Of a DNA stretch of 64,000 bases, positions 37,807 through 48,421 are shown one piece after another. The first letter of the stretch is position 1, and each line of letters starts with the position of its first letter. Source of the stretch: an uncultured delta proteobacterium. GTDB taxonomy: Bacteria; Desulfobacterota; Desulfobaccia; Desulfobaccales; 0-14-0-80-60-11. The notes below the pieces were generated by a model that was not told the origin of the DNA, ran no database searches, and saw nothing but the letters and a program-made list of their open reading frames with translations. The stretch covers positions 480,001-544,000 of the forward strand of contig CAWETI010000003.1 in assembly GCA_963812015.1 (NCBI GenBank), written 5' to 3'. The translations under genes and the position numbers were made by a program.

Positions 37807-38496
37807 TTACAACATATTCTGCTCTGCCAGGCTGAAGTAGCCGTGGCGGCCGATGATCAGGTGGTCGTGGACGGTAAGGTTCAGGGTGTGGCTGGCCTTT
37901 ACCAGGGCCGGGGTCAGTTCCTGGTCGGCGGCGGACGGGGTGAGGTTGCCGCTGGGGTGGTTGTGCAACAGGATGAGGCCGGTGGCCTTGTGTTTCAGGG
38001 CCAGTTCCAGGACCTTGCGGGGGTAGACCACCGTCTGGTTGACGGTGCCTTCCTGGACGATTTCTTCGGCGATGATTTCATTCTGGCTGTTGAGGAAGAT
38101 GACCCGGAACTGCTCGTCCCGCAGGCCCCCCATGGAGGCGCGGCAGTAATCCACCAGGTTTTCCAGAGACTTGATGGGCTGGCGTTTAAGGGCTTCGGAC
38201 TTGAGGGCGTGTTCGGAGCAGGCCTTCACCAGGCGGATGAGGATGGCGGAGTATTCCTTGAGCCCGATGACTTCCATGAGGGCCTCGGGGGTGGCGTCCA
38301 GGACCTGGGTGAAGGAGCCGAAATGCTCGATCACCCGTTTGGCCAGGGGTTTGACGTCGGAGTAGGGGATGGCGAAGGTCAGGAGGAGCTCCAGGAGCTC
38401 ATAGTCCTGCAAGGCCCCGGGGCCGCCGTTGAGGAAGCGGGCCCTCAGGCGGGCCCGATGCCCGTGATAATGGGGTTTTTCAGGTTTTTCCGCCAT
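37807..38496 (-). CDS. radC: RadC/JAB domain protein
   Basis: GHRARLR, DYELLELLL, HNHPSG...S.AD. Confidence 0.92.
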   Translation of the reverse strand: MAEKPEKPHYHGHRARLRARFLNGGPGALQDYELLELLLTFAIPYSDVKPLAKRVIEHFGSFTQVLDATPEALMEVIGLKEYSAILIRLVKACSEHALKSEALKRQPIKSLENLVDYCRASMGGLRDEQFRVIFLNSQNEIIAEEIVQEGTVNQTVVYPRKVLELALKHKATGLILLHNHPSGNLTPSAADQELTPALVKASHTLNLTVHDHLIIGRHGYFSLAEQNML

Positions 38497-38550
38497 CTTT
38501 ATTTCCTTTTACTCCGGCAGTCCGTTAATTGCAACTGCGAAAAGGATAAG

Positions 38551-38668
38551 GGCGGACACATGGGTCCGCCCTTACAACTGATTTGGTATGATACCTGGTT
38601 CGTTCTCAAATGCATCAAATCTAAAATGAAAGACAACCGGTAGGGGCGGTTCGCGAACCGCCCCTACA
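38551..38668. repeat. REP hairpins
   Basis: ggcggacacatgggtccgcccttaca and gtaggggcggttcgcgaaccgcccctaca. Confidence 0.7.
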
Positions 38669-38714
38669 AGACTATTGGTTACGAATGAAAGGGAATATGG
38701 TAGGAATAGCCGAT

Positions 38715-38744
38715 AAAAAGCCGGGACCAGCGGTCCCGGCTTTT
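38715..38744. terminator. Bidirectional terminator downstream of cooS
   Basis: aaaaagccgggacc-agc-ggtcccggctttt. Confidence 0.7.
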
Positions 38745-38835
38745 GTCTCCCTTATGGGATTGGGGGTGGGGGATTGGGGGAGGGGGAAAGGGCCCGCGCC
38801 CTTTGCCCCCTCCCCCAATAACCATCCTTTCCCGT

Positions 38836-40851
38836 TTAATGCTCGGCGGCGGCGGCCTCTGCCATTTCCCGGCGCATATCCATGTCGTAGAGGACCCGCT
38901 CCCGGGCCTTGTCGATGCCCAGGGCTTTACGCTTGAGGTCGATGTGGGCGATCATCTTCTTGGCCATCAGTTCCGGATCGGCTTCGAAGTCCCACTTGCC
39001 GCCCAGCTCTTCTTCGATGCCCTTGAACAGGTAGTCGGTCAAGATCTCGGAGCCGGTGGTGGGCCAGGTGACGCCGAAGAGGGTGTACACCCCCGAGGCC
39101 ACGAAGTACTGGCCGATGGCGATGGCCTTTTCAGACATCCACTCCGGCGCCGCGCCCGCGGCGGGCAGATCGCTGATGTCGGTGCCCAGGCCGCCGGCCT
39201 TGACGCAGGCGGTGGCCGCCATCAGGATGCGGGAGTTGTCCACGCAGGACCCCATGTGCAGCACCGGCGGGATGCCCACGGTCTCGCAGATCTCAGCCAG
39301 ACCCGGGCCGCAGAACTTAGCGGCCTCCGGCGTCAGCAGGCCGTACTTGCCGGCGGCCATGGCGGAGCAGCCGGTGGACAGCACGATGACGTCATTCTTA
39401 ATCAGTTCCTTGATGAGGGTCAGATGGGAGCTGTCATGGGTGGTGCGGCAGTTGTTGCAGCCCACCACGCCGGCCACGCCCCGAATCCGGCCGTTGATGA
39501 CGTTGTCGTTCAGGGTGTAGTAGGAGCCCCGGATGGAGCCGCCCAGCAGATACTGGATGGTCTCGTAGCTGAAGCCCACCACCGTGGGGGTGTGGGCCGC
39601 CGGGATCATTACCGGGGCCTTGCGGTTGGGGAAGTTGTCGATGGCTTCCCGGACCACCTGGCGGGCGATGTCCAGGGCATGATGATCGTCAAAGGGGATG
39701 TGCATGGTTTCCCCGGTCATCCGGGCCCGGGGGTCGGTGGTGATCAGCTTGGTGTGGTAGCACTTGGCCACGTTGGCCAGGGATTCCATGATGCACTGCA
39801 CGTCCACCACCATGGCGTCCACCGCCCCGGTGATGATGGCCAGCTCCTGCTGGAGGTAGTTGCCGGCAATGGGAATGCCGTGGCGCATGAGGATCTCGTT
39901 GGCGGAGCAGCACATGCCGGCCAGCTGGATGCCCTTGGCGCCCTTGTTCTGGGCGTACTGGAGCAGCTCCGGCTCCTGGGAGGCCACGTAGATCATCTCC
40001 GGCAGTACCGGCTCATGGCCGTGGATGATGATATTGACATGGTCCTCTTTGAGGACGCCCAGGTTGATTTCGCCGGCCACCGGCACCGGACAGCCGAAGA
40101 TGACGTCCTGGAGGTCGGTGGAGATCATGGAACCGCCCCACCCATCGGAGAGGGCGGTGCGGCTGCACTGCTTGATGAGGTTGTGGTAGTCCTGGTCCAC
40201 GCCCATGTGGGTGCGGTGCATCAGTTCCACGATCTCGATGTCGCAGCCCCGGGGCACGATGCCGTATTTCCGCCACAGTTCCTGGCGTTTCTTGGGGGCC
40301 CGCTTGATGTTGGTGAGTTCGCCGTCCTGCTGGCCGAACTCCAACAAAATCTTATCGGCCATTTCCAGGGCGATGGCTTCCTTGGTGCGGGGCTTGGCAT
40401 CATCGCCCTCGCCCTCGGTGGTGGCCACGTCCCAATCCTTGGCGATCCGGCGCAGCTTGGCTACGTCTTTGAGCTGGTAGCCCTGGGCCTTGCCCAAGGC
40501 CACTTCCTTGAACAGTTTGGCTACGCCCCGGGAATGGTCGTTGTGGGAGGCGGACCCGGCGCAGACCATGCGGGCGAAGTTCCGGGCCACGATGGTCTCG
40601 GCGGTGGCGCCGCACAGGCCCATGCGCTGCTTCTTCTCCGCGGTGGTCTCGCCTTCCTTCTTCTTGGGCGGGGGCACCCGGCAGGGACCCTGGGCGCAGA
40701 TGCGGCAGCAGGCGCCCTCAGCCCCGATGGGGCAGGGCTTCATGGCCGCGGCCCGATCCCAAATGGTTTCAATACCGTCCGCCTGGGCCTTCTTCAGCAT
40801 CTCTTGGGTCGCGGGGTCGATGGATAGTTTTCCTAACTCTAACTCTGCCAT
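38836..40851 (-). CDS. cooS: Ni-Fe carbon monoxide dehydrogenase catalytic subunit
   Basis: CPIG..GACCRIC.QGPC, HGHEP, MCCSANE, VGCNN, TGCSA, HMGSCVDNSR, EWMSEKA. Confidence 0.95.
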   Translation of the reverse strand: MAELELGKLSIDPATQEMLKKAQADGIETIWDRAAAMKPCPIGAEGACCRICAQGPCRVPPPKKKEGETTAEKKQRMGLCGATAETIVARNFARMVCAGSASHNDHSRGVAKLFKEVALGKAQGYQLKDVAKLRRIAKDWDVATTEGEGDDAKPRTKEAIALEMADKILLEFGQQDGELTNIKRAPKKRQELWRKYGIVPRGCDIEIVELMHRTHMGVDQDYHNLIKQCSRTALSDGWGGSMISTDLQDVIFGCPVPVAGEINLGVLKEDHVNIIIHGHEPVLPEMIYVASQEPELLQYAQNKGAKGIQLAGMCCSANEILMRHGIPIAGNYLQQELAIITGAVDAMVVDVQCIMESLANVAKCYHTKLITTDPRARMTGETMHIPFDDHHALDIARQVVREAIDNFPNRKAPVMIPAAHTPTVVGFSYETIQYLLGGSIRGSYYTLNDNVINGRIRGVAGVVGCNNCRTTHDSSHLTLIKELIKNDVIVLSTGCSAMAAGKYGLLTPEAAKFCGPGLAEICETVGIPPVLHMGSCVDNSRILMAATACVKAGGLGTDISDLPAAGAAPEWMSEKAIAIGQYFVASGVYTLFGVTWPTTGSEILTDYLFKGIEEELGGKWDFEADPELMAKKMIAHIDLKRKALGIDKARERVLYDMDMRREMAEAAAAEH

Positions 40852-40962
40852 ATTTATACCTCCTTAACCTCAGTCATTAGAGATCTATGCAGTTATAGAC
40901 AGATTACCATCTATACATGATTAAGGCAAGATAAAATGATGCAGAATAATAAAAAAAACTGG

Positions 40963-41808
40963 TCAAGGAAGGGGTAGACGGACAACCCGGAAGCCGATAT
41001 AGCCATCCGCATACTGGGGCGGGGCGGACTGGCGGGCGGCGAGGCGCAGTTCCCGGGGGCCGGAGAGCCAGGAACCGCCTTTGAGAAGGCGGAGAATCCC
41101 GGGTTTAAAGGGGCCACCGGTGCGCAGCGGTACGTAGCGGTCCTGACACCATTCGGAGACGTTGCCGGCCAGGTCGAAGAGGCCGTAGCCATTGGGGGCA
41201 AAGGCGCCCACCGGCGCGGTAAAGCGAAACCCGGCGGCCCCGGGGAGGGGGGTGCGGAAATTGGCCCGGTAGACGCCGCCGGCATCCGGGGCTTCGGCCC
41301 CCCAGGGGTAGGGCTGGCCCACCAGGCCCCCCCGGGCCGCGGCCTCCCACTGGTCTTCGGTGGGGAGCTTATGGGTCACCCCGGTGATGTTGGTCAGCCA
41401 CCGGCAAAAGGCCACGGCGTCGTGCCAGGTGACCCCCACCACCGGCTGGTTGGGTCCATTGAGATTCTGATCCTGCCAGTAGAGAGGCGCCTGGTAACCG
41501 GTGGCCTTCAGAAACCGGCCGTACTGGGCGTTGGTGATTTCGGTCACACTGATATAAAAGGGCCGCAGGCTCACCCGGTGGGGCAGGGCCTCATCGGCAT
41601 AGCGGCCCGGCTCCTCCTCGGGAGAGCCCAAAAGATAGGCGCCGCCGGGGATGAGCCGGAAGCGGATGGACTGGGCTTCCAGGGTTTCCTGGCCCAGGGC
41701 GGACCAGATGGGCAGCAACAGCCAGCACAGCACAAGGAACAGGCATTTCGGTTTTCGTCGGTTAATTTTGCGGTAACTATCTCGAGGCAGTTTTTCGAAA
41801 CCCTTCAT
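40963..41808 (-). CDS. Formylglycine-generating enzyme (FGE-sulfatase) domain protein, exported
   Basis: PVVGVTWHDA, LPTEDQWE.AARGG, NGYGLFDLAGNVSEW, GFRVVR; start uncertain. Confidence 0.85.
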   Translation of the reverse strand: MKGFEKLPRDSYRKINRRKPKCLFLVLCWLLLPIWSALGQETLEAQSIRFRLIPGGAYLLGSPEEEPGRYADEALPHRVSLRPFYISVTEITNAQYGRFLKATGYQAPLYWQDQNLNGPNQPVVGVTWHDAVAFCRWLTNITGVTHKLPTEDQWEAAARGGLVGQPYPWGAEAPDAGGVYRANFRTPLPGAAGFRFTAPVGAFAPNGYGLFDLAGNVSEWCQDRYVPLRTGGPFKPGILRLLKGGSWLSGPRELRLAARQSAPPQYADGYIGFRVVRLPLP

Positions 41809-42134
41809 ATGGATCATATATAGCAAGTTTTGAGGCAATTGATAAGTTTCTGGCCATAGCAGTAATCCTCTATGGACTGGTCGCAATTAGCCGGGCTTGC
41901 TCTCAAGGTTAATGCCGGTTGTTTGAGCCAGCTCTCGCTCCACAAACCCGGGGACACCGTCCTACACATAGGACCTGTGCCCAAACGTAAGTCGGCTTCG
42001 AAGTGCACATTATTGTCCAGGGGACAGAGAAAACGTAGATTGTCTTGGGCCACTTCTTTAACGTATGACTAAGGTCAGACCGCCTTCAGACCTGCAATGA
42101 AGGACAATTGCCGTATAATCAAAGTAGCCTTTGG

Positions 42135-43691
42135 TCAAATATCCCAGCAGCCCACGCTCCAGTCATCGCTGCCGCTAACAACTCGCTGCCCATCGGCGGA
42201 AATGGCAACTGATGTCAACGAATTCGAGTGACCCTCAAACTGACGAATCTGGCGGCCCAAAGTGAGATCAAGCACTCGGACGAATATGCCGTCATAATTT
42301 TCTGCGACCACAACCCATCGTCCATTTGCAGAAATGGAAAAGTCATTCCACGTTTTTATATCAGACGAGAACTTTCCGGTGTCATTTCCCGTCACCAGAT
42401 CGAGGATATGTGGCGTTCCTCCCGCTACGACGATGGCTCGCCGTTCATCGGGCAGAAAGGCGACGCGCCAGATCCCGCAAGGGAAACCCTTGAAACGGTG
42501 CACCACGCTGGATGAGGCGGTGTCCCACAGCTTAACTTCAGCACCGAGGCTTCCAGTCAATGCGCGCGAACCGTCGCGGGAAAGAGCAACCGTCAGGACG
42601 GCGTCATTGTGAGTGTTACCGAAGAAGCCGCCAAGCTTGCCTATGTGCGACCCATTTTCGACGTCCCAGAGCCTCGCTGTGCAGTCCCCGCTCCCGGTCA
42701 GAACTCGCCGCCCATCAGCCGACGCCGCCAGTCGGTGGATAGTGAATGAGTGCTTTTTCAGACCAAAGATCTCGCGGCCATCGTTGCAATCCCAGACCCG
42801 CAATATACTGTCGGCACCTGCAGAAACAGCGCGTCGTCCGTCACCCAGAAATGCAACGGCACTCACGAAGCCCTTATGGCCTTCGAAGCAGAAAATTTCA
42901 CTTCCGGACTCCAGGTCCCATAGACGAACGGTTTGGTCCCATCCTCCGGAAAGTGCACGGTGACCGTCGCTAGTGATTGCGACGCTCATAATGCGCTCAG
43001 AATGGCCCTTCAGGAGACGTCCGCCTGGTGATAATGAAGGAGAGACCAAAGATGACGATGACGACGTTTCGAACTGCGGTGGAAACGGGATGATCGGCGT
43101 CTTACCCTGCTGATGCACCAGCAGTGTTGGGCAACTTTCGGTAGAAAGCACACGGTTTACCGCCTTCACGACTGCTTCGCCATGGTAGCCAGCGATTTGC
43201 TTGTCCGACCAGTCTAGGTCGCCGATAATCCAAAGATTATCCAGGTTCAATGGTGCCAAATTATACCAAAGACCGACTTCCGGTTGATCCATATTGAAGA
43301 GTTGGTGCATGATCTCTGCTCGCCTCATTGAGTTGTCGTCCGGCGCCAGCCATACCACAATGCGCCCTCTCTGCTCTGCGTGTTCGTAGATTAGTGGCAG
43401 CAACCCAAGATATATCAGGCGGTGTTTGTCCACGTCGGCAGGAAGCTCAATCGCCAGACGCCAGATCTCGAGGCCCCTACATTTTTCAAGGATCTCGGCT
43501 GCCACACGGGCGACTGCCGCCATTTCATCCGGAGGCCAGTCGCTCCTTGGATCGTCGAGCACCTTCTCCAGATAGGCCTTCATTCCCTCAATTGCCTTTT
43601 TCTGTTCGGGACTTAAGCCTGTGAAATCCATTTTCCCAAAGGTTGCCTCCAGAAAGCTTCTCAACAAGGGGTTTTTGTATTCATCTTGCAT
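42135..43691 (-). CDS. WD40 repeat protein with unknown N-terminal domain
   Basis: About 7 GH...WD repeats in the C-terminal 300 aa; Ser-rich linker. Confidence 0.88.
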   Translation of the reverse strand: MQDEYKNPLLRSFLEATFGKMDFTGLSPEQKKAIEGMKAYLEKVLDDPRSDWPPDEMAAVARVAAEILEKCRGLEIWRLAIELPADVDKHRLIYLGLLPLIYEHAEQRGRIVVWLAPDDNSMRRAEIMHQLFNMDQPEVGLWYNLAPLNLDNLWIIGDLDWSDKQIAGYHGEAVVKAVNRVLSTESCPTLLVHQQGKTPIIPFPPQFETSSSSSLVSPSLSPGGRLLKGHSERIMSVAITSDGHRALSGGWDQTVRLWDLESGSEIFCFEGHKGFVSAVAFLGDGRRAVSAGADSILRVWDCNDGREIFGLKKHSFTIHRLAASADGRRVLTGSGDCTARLWDVENGSHIGKLGGFFGNTHNDAVLTVALSRDGSRALTGSLGAEVKLWDTASSSVVHRFKGFPCGIWRVAFLPDERRAIVVAGGTPHILDLVTGNDTGKFSSDIKTWNDFSISANGRWVVVAENYDGIFVRVLDLTLGRQIRQFEGHSNSLTSVAISADGQRVVSGSDDWSVGCWDI

Positions 43692-43886
43692 ACCTCTGCT
43701 CCTTTAGTAAGCCTGCGCAGTTAAGAGAATGGCAAACATTTTAAGAACCGACTGCACTCGAGTGTCCGGTGCCACAGATGCACCGAAACGCATCGGCATG
43801 TGGAAGGCTGCAGTGGTATCTCCAAATATTAGAAAATTGCTGCACCTTAGCATTTTGATGCGATCCCACATAGCGGCGGCATCATC

Positions 43887-46619
43887 TCAATGTTCGAGTA
43901 GTCTTAGCGCCTCGCCCTTATAATGCAATAGCAATGGATCGTCCGGTATATATTTTAGTCCTTCATTAAAAGTTGCCAACGCGGTTTTTGCCGATGATTC
44001 AATAAGCTGCATCAGGCCCTTCGCCAAGTATAGTCGCCCACGCTCGGGATGGCGGGCTATGATCTCTTCGCTCCACCCTAGAGCAAGCGTTATAAGCCCT
44101 TCGGCGGCTAAGTTCTTTTCCAGGTAAAGCGAAAAAAAGGCGATCAATCTTTGGTTAGCAGATTCGGCTTCCAGGAGCGAAATGCTCTTAAAGGTTGCGT
44201 TAGCCATGGCCACGGTTTCTGTGAGAATCTGCTCAATTGAATCCTGGGACAAAAAATCCGCGAGAAGGTCCAGCACTTCAGCTTTGCGGGCAAGCGCCAG
44301 CAGGGTCGCAGTAAGTTGAGCCAAAAAGTTTAGGTTTTGCGGGTGACCGCTAACAAATAACTTTTGGCAGCAGATAGCTTCATCTATTGCCATTTGATCG
44401 TCTTCCGTTGCTTCTTTTTCTCTCAGGAAAACCGCCAGATTATGCAAGGCCTTCCAGTGGTTGGGATCAATTATTAGACACTTCCGGAGATGTGCCTTTT
44501 CATTATCTTTTTGATATAGATTTGCAGCGGCCACAGACCAGTTGAACCATACTTCTGCTTCGGCAGGGTTTAGAGTCACTGAATGCTCGTAACATTGTGA
44601 AGCTTGTTCCCACTTTTCTAGTGCAGCGTACGCGCGACCTTTGCTGTTCCAAGCTGCGGCCCAGCGCGGGTTTAACACTAAGCATTCTTCCAGACAGGTC
44701 AAGGCGTCTTCCGGTCGGTTCAAGCCGAGCAGGGCATAGGCCATATTGTTCAAAATAAGGGGGTCATAGTGATCAAGATCCCTGGCACGCTCAAAACATG
44801 CCAAGGCCTCTTCATACTGCTCGACATCTGCCAGTAATCTTCCCTTTTCATTCCAGAGCCCGATTTCCTCTGGCAGGCGTTTCAACGCGTCTTCCAAAAG
44901 CCGAACCGCCTCCCCCGTTTGTCCCGTTTTTGCCAGAGCTTCTGCCTTGAGGATGAGCGTGGAAGCAGCCGTACTCGTAAGTTGGGTGTTCTCTATACTT
45001 TCTAGGTTCTTCAGGGCCTCTTGTGGCTTTCCCAAGAAGAGCTTTGTAACCGCCTCAGTCAGTTGCACACCTTCCTGGTTGAGTTTGTACTGCTCAGTTA
45101 GAGGATTGGCAGGAGGAACCGAAAACAGATGCTCGTAAATTTGTCTAATTTCGTTCTGCAATATCGCGAAGTCCGGATATCGTGCCCCGGGCTCCTTTTC
45201 CAAGCATTTCATCACTAAGTCATCTATGGCGGATGGGATTCCGGGATTAAGCTGCTTTGGGCTTTGTGGAATCTTGTGTAGATGGGATTGGAAGAATTCG
45301 GGACTGGTGCGAGGCAAGTCGAATACCGTCTTTCCGGTGAGCATTTCGTACAGCACACAACCGAAGGCGTAGATGTCGGCGCGTATGTCCAGTTGAGGGT
45401 CTCGCCGGCACTGCTCCGGCGACCTATAGACACGATTGCCAAAATCCATGTCTCCCAATGGTCTGCCGGTTTGCGTGAGATCGCGGAGTAAGGCGATGCC
45501 GAAATCAGAGATTTTCACTTGTTCGGGCGAGGCGACGAGTAGATTCGTCGGCTTCAGATCACGGTGGACGAATGCCTTGCCTAAGGCATGGAACTTGTCC
45601 GCGGCGTAGCACATCCCCGTGCAGATCTGCCAGGCAAAGGTCATAGCTCGTCGCAGATCCAATGCGGCAGTGCCGATCCATCCACTCAGGTCTGACCCGT
45701 GTTGGACATCACCCGCGACATATTCAAGGAGGAGACAAGGTCTCTCCTCAATTTCCTGCGCACCAAAAGCCCAGACAATGTTAGGGTGCTTGCCCAGTTT
45801 GACCCAGGTAGACATTTCCTGAAAAAAGAACTCCCGGTGTTCTAGGAGTAATCTTTTGGGAAGGGTTTTAATCACGCAGGGCACAACCATATCGGCGAAA
45901 TATTTACAAAAATAGATGAGGCCCATCGAACCGCGCTTCACAGCACTGATCTGAAAGCGGTTCAGGATCAGGTGTCCTGGCTGCCAAACCTCGCCCTCCG
46001 GTCCAGACAGCGGCCCAATGCGGTCGGGCCGCCCCGGGGGCGGGCTCACTTCTTCGTTGGTCGTCAAGAGTCGGCTCTTTGGTCTGGGTGAAGAAGCAGA
46101 AATTCTTTCGGCGGACGACTCGGCATCACCTTCTTTTCCGACAAACTTGTGGTGATTCCATCGTCCTTTCTGAATTACCGAACCGTCGGGAGCATACTTT
46201 GTGCCATACCCGTGGATATCATTATCGGCAAAATTGCCTTCGTACCGGATCCCGCTTGGAAAGGTGTAAACTCCCTTGCCATGACGATTGCCATTGACGA
46301 AATCGCCTTCATAGCGATAACCGGAGGTAGGAAACGTATAAGTCATTTTCCCTTTGCCAGTAAACGCACCTTTGACAAAGGAACCTTCGTACCGGCCGCC
46401 GTCATTAAAGGAGAAAACTCCTTGGCCGTGGGGCTCGCCGTTAACAAGGTCGCCTTCATAGATTCCTTTGGTTGTCTCGAGAATGCCATAGGTCTCGGCA
46501 TGTTTCTTTCCCTTCTTTTCCGGGATCGCCGGTCGGGATCCCCCTATCTGCTGGCGCGACTTTGCAAAGACCCAGATGATTATGCCTAGTACGATCAAAA
46601 GGACTATTACAACTTCCAT
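43887..46619 (-). CDS. Membrane-anchored MORN-repeat / Ser-Thr protein kinase / TPR protein
   Basis: N-terminal TM; YEG.F.NG..HG.G MORN repeats; VIK, HRDLKPTN, DFG, YRSPEQ, DIYAFG; TPRs. Confidence 0.9.
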   Translation of the reverse strand: MEVVIVLLIVLGIIIWVFAKSRQQIGGSRPAIPEKKGKKHAETYGILETTKGIYEGDLVNGEPHGQGVFSFNDGGRYEGSFVKGAFTGKGKMTYTFPTSGYRYEGDFVNGNRHGKGVYTFPSGIRYEGNFADNDIHGYGTKYAPDGSVIQKGRWNHHKFVGKEGDAESSAERISASSPRPKSRLLTTNEEVSPPPGRPDRIGPLSGPEGEVWQPGHLILNRFQISAVKRGSMGLIYFCKYFADMVVPCVIKTLPKRLLLEHREFFFQEMSTWVKLGKHPNIVWAFGAQEIEERPCLLLEYVAGDVQHGSDLSGWIGTAALDLRRAMTFAWQICTGMCYAADKFHALGKAFVHRDLKPTNLLVASPEQVKISDFGIALLRDLTQTGRPLGDMDFGNRVYRSPEQCRRDPQLDIRADIYAFGCVLYEMLTGKTVFDLPRTSPEFFQSHLHKIPQSPKQLNPGIPSAIDDLVMKCLEKEPGARYPDFAILQNEIRQIYEHLFSVPPANPLTEQYKLNQEGVQLTEAVTKLFLGKPQEALKNLESIENTQLTSTAASTLILKAEALAKTGQTGEAVRLLEDALKRLPEEIGLWNEKGRLLADVEQYEEALACFERARDLDHYDPLILNNMAYALLGLNRPEDALTCLEECLVLNPRWAAAWNSKGRAYAALEKWEQASQCYEHSVTLNPAEAEVWFNWSVAAANLYQKDNEKAHLRKCLIIDPNHWKALHNLAVFLREKEATEDDQMAIDEAICCQKLFVSGHPQNLNFLAQLTATLLALARKAEVLDLLADFLSQDSIEQILTETVAMANATFKSISLLEAESANQRLIAFFSLYLEKNLAAEGLITLALGWSEEIIARHPERGRLYLAKGLMQLIESSAKTALATFNEGLKYIPDDPLLLHYKGEALRLLEH

Positions 46620-46632
46620 TTTTCTCCCCAGG

Positions 46633-47223
46633 TCAGGGTTTCTGCATCAGCTTCCTCATCGCGGGTGAGTCTTTCAGCGACCAAATTGCAAGCAGGACCA
46701 TCTCGAAATTCGATTCGGGATCTCGGATAATGCCATCGTCGACCAATTGTCCTGGGTACTGTTCCCTTTGCTTTGGTATCACCTCGATAAACTCTTCGAA
46801 AGAAGCTTTTGGGGATTCTTCGATAGTAATCAGGGTAGCCTGGGTGGTCATTTTGATCCCCTTCTTTTCCCACTTATCCAGCCAGGCGCCCAGCATGATA
46901 CGCCATTGCTGCGGCTTAGGCTGAAAACCATTGCCCAATATGCGAATACGCTCAGGGGACCTGGGTCCGCACAGAACTTCCTGTGCAGCATATGACTCGA
47001 TTGCATCACAGCACGAAAGGCAAAGAATCCATACGGGGGCGTGCATTTCCAAGAGAACCCAGAAGTGCTCACGCAACTGTTCAGTCGGTCTTCCTGCCGG
47101 CTCTCTACCAAGCGGGTCGTATCCCATTTGAACCGCGGAAAGTACCTTTGCGATTTCCACGCTCTTCTCGCTGCCCGGGGCAATTTCGCGGCCACACATT
47201 TCGCAAACCATCACGGATCCCAC
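46633..47223 (-). CDS. Hypothetical protein with CxxC pairs (possible Zn finger)
   Basis: CEMC and CLSC; 13 bp upstream of the kinase start. Confidence 0.6.
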   Translation of the reverse strand: MGSVMVCEMCGREIAPGSEKSVEIAKVLSAVQMGYDPLGREPAGRPTEQLREHFWVLLEMHAPVWILCLSCCDAIESYAAQEVLCGPRSPERIRILGNGFQPKPQQWRIMLGAWLDKWEKKGIKMTTQATLITIEESPKASFEEFIEVIPKQREQYPGQLVDDGIIRDPESNFEMVLLAIWSLKDSPAMRKLMQKP

Positions 47224-47415
47224 CCCTGGATCTGCTGAGTGATTCGGTTATACTTTCGTTTATAGACCGGCTTCTCCTCGATTTGCCAAACTTCCGATAG
47301 ATCAGCCGATAGGTGTTACGCTATCTCTAAGTTCGAGATGGGTTTAGTCCCTAGGAATCCTTGACAGACGGGAGAAAGGTTTACTAGCGGTCAGTGGATC
47401 GCAATGATCCGATGT

Positions 47416-48063
47416 TCAAACCTGCTGGACGTACAAAGGAGTACCTATGACCAGGCGTCTGATTCTTTCCCGACCCACGCGCTTCATTTCTTGCTTGTCC
47501 GCCGCCACCGATCTAGCAAACACAGCTAAGCCCGCAACTCTTGGCAGCGCCCCGCCAGAAGAAAGAGCGTCTCGCATTATGTCTTGCCAAGCATAACTAA
47601 GGGACCAAGGCAGCGAACCGCTACTTACATCCTTTTCAAATGCCGCGAGGAATGCTCCGACTGGATCGACGGAGGGGGAAATGCGGCTTTCTGTCTTCAT
47701 CGGATAACCTATGGCGTAGCCGGCCGAGCCTGCAAGAAGCAACGCAGTGTCATTGTGCTCCAAAGCAAGCCAAAACTCTTCACCTTCGACGTGCCGTACC
47801 GCCGGACCCTCAAACTGCACCATCACGGGTGCTTCATCATCGCTAAGCTCGTGATAGTGCTTGATCGTTTGTTCCGAGTGCAAGGCCTTGATAACGCTTT
47901 TAAGATCCCTTATCAGGCTAGAATCAGCCGTACCGGACAGCGAGCCGCTGACAAAAGGAAGTTTGAACTCGAGCTTAGCTGTAATTCCTGCAAAGAAGCC
48001 AGGGGACGCATCTTTAAGGAGATCCAGCTTCGCCTTGGAAATATACCAGTAAACTTCTGACAT
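47416..48063 (-). CDS. Hypothetical protein resembling the DUF7019/SAVMC3_10250-like family
   Basis: N-terminal YWYISKAKLDLL and C-terminal LVIGTPLYV pattern; ggagg RBS. Family recalled from memory. Confidence 0.55.
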   Translation of the reverse strand: MSEVYWYISKAKLDLLKDASPGFFAGITAKLEFKLPFVSGSLSGTADSSLIRDLKSVIKALHSEQTIKHYHELSDDEAPVMVQFEGPAVRHVEGEEFWLALEHNDTALLLAGSAGYAIGYPMKTESRISPSVDPVGAFLAAFEKDVSSGSLPWSLSYAWQDIMRDALSSGGALPRVAGLAVFARSVAADKQEMKRVGRERIRRLVIGTPLYVQQV

Positions 48064-48355
48064 TGGGAACCCTCCATAGTTATCAGAGATTATGCGGCAA
48101 CCTGGCCTCCGCGGTTAAAAAAATAGTTTTGAGGACTCCGCTTCCTTGAGAGTAGTAGTGGCTTTATCCAGATAAATTTCTTATCCCACAGGTGGGCGGA
48201 TATTTCAATGGAAAGTTCTAAGGGTCAAAATAGGGGGTACGGCAGAGAAGTAGGTAATGGGGATATGGCATAAAATCGGGTACCTCTGAAGGCGTGGTTT
48301 CCGGATCAAGGGGAATTATGAAGGATACAATTCCAGAGGGTGAGGCTTCAGAAAC

Positions 48356-48385
48356 AAAAAGCCCCGACCGTCGGCGGGGCTCAAA
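48356..48385 (-). terminator. Rho-independent terminator
   Basis: aaaaagccccg...cggggct. Confidence 0.6.
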
Positions 48386-48421
48386 AATTATCATAGTCTT
48401 TATACTAACCTTAATTTTTTG

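Noticed and set aside
38743..40827. Long antisense ORFs (694 aa here; also 52626-54740 and 18217-19992)
   Set aside because: They are shadows of well-supported genes on the opposite strand, as expected with high GC3.
40963..41200. FGE-sulfatase (C-type lectin fold) C-terminus as a diversity-generating retroelement target
   Set aside because: No template repeat with adenine-specific mismatches and no reverse transcriptase seen in the window.
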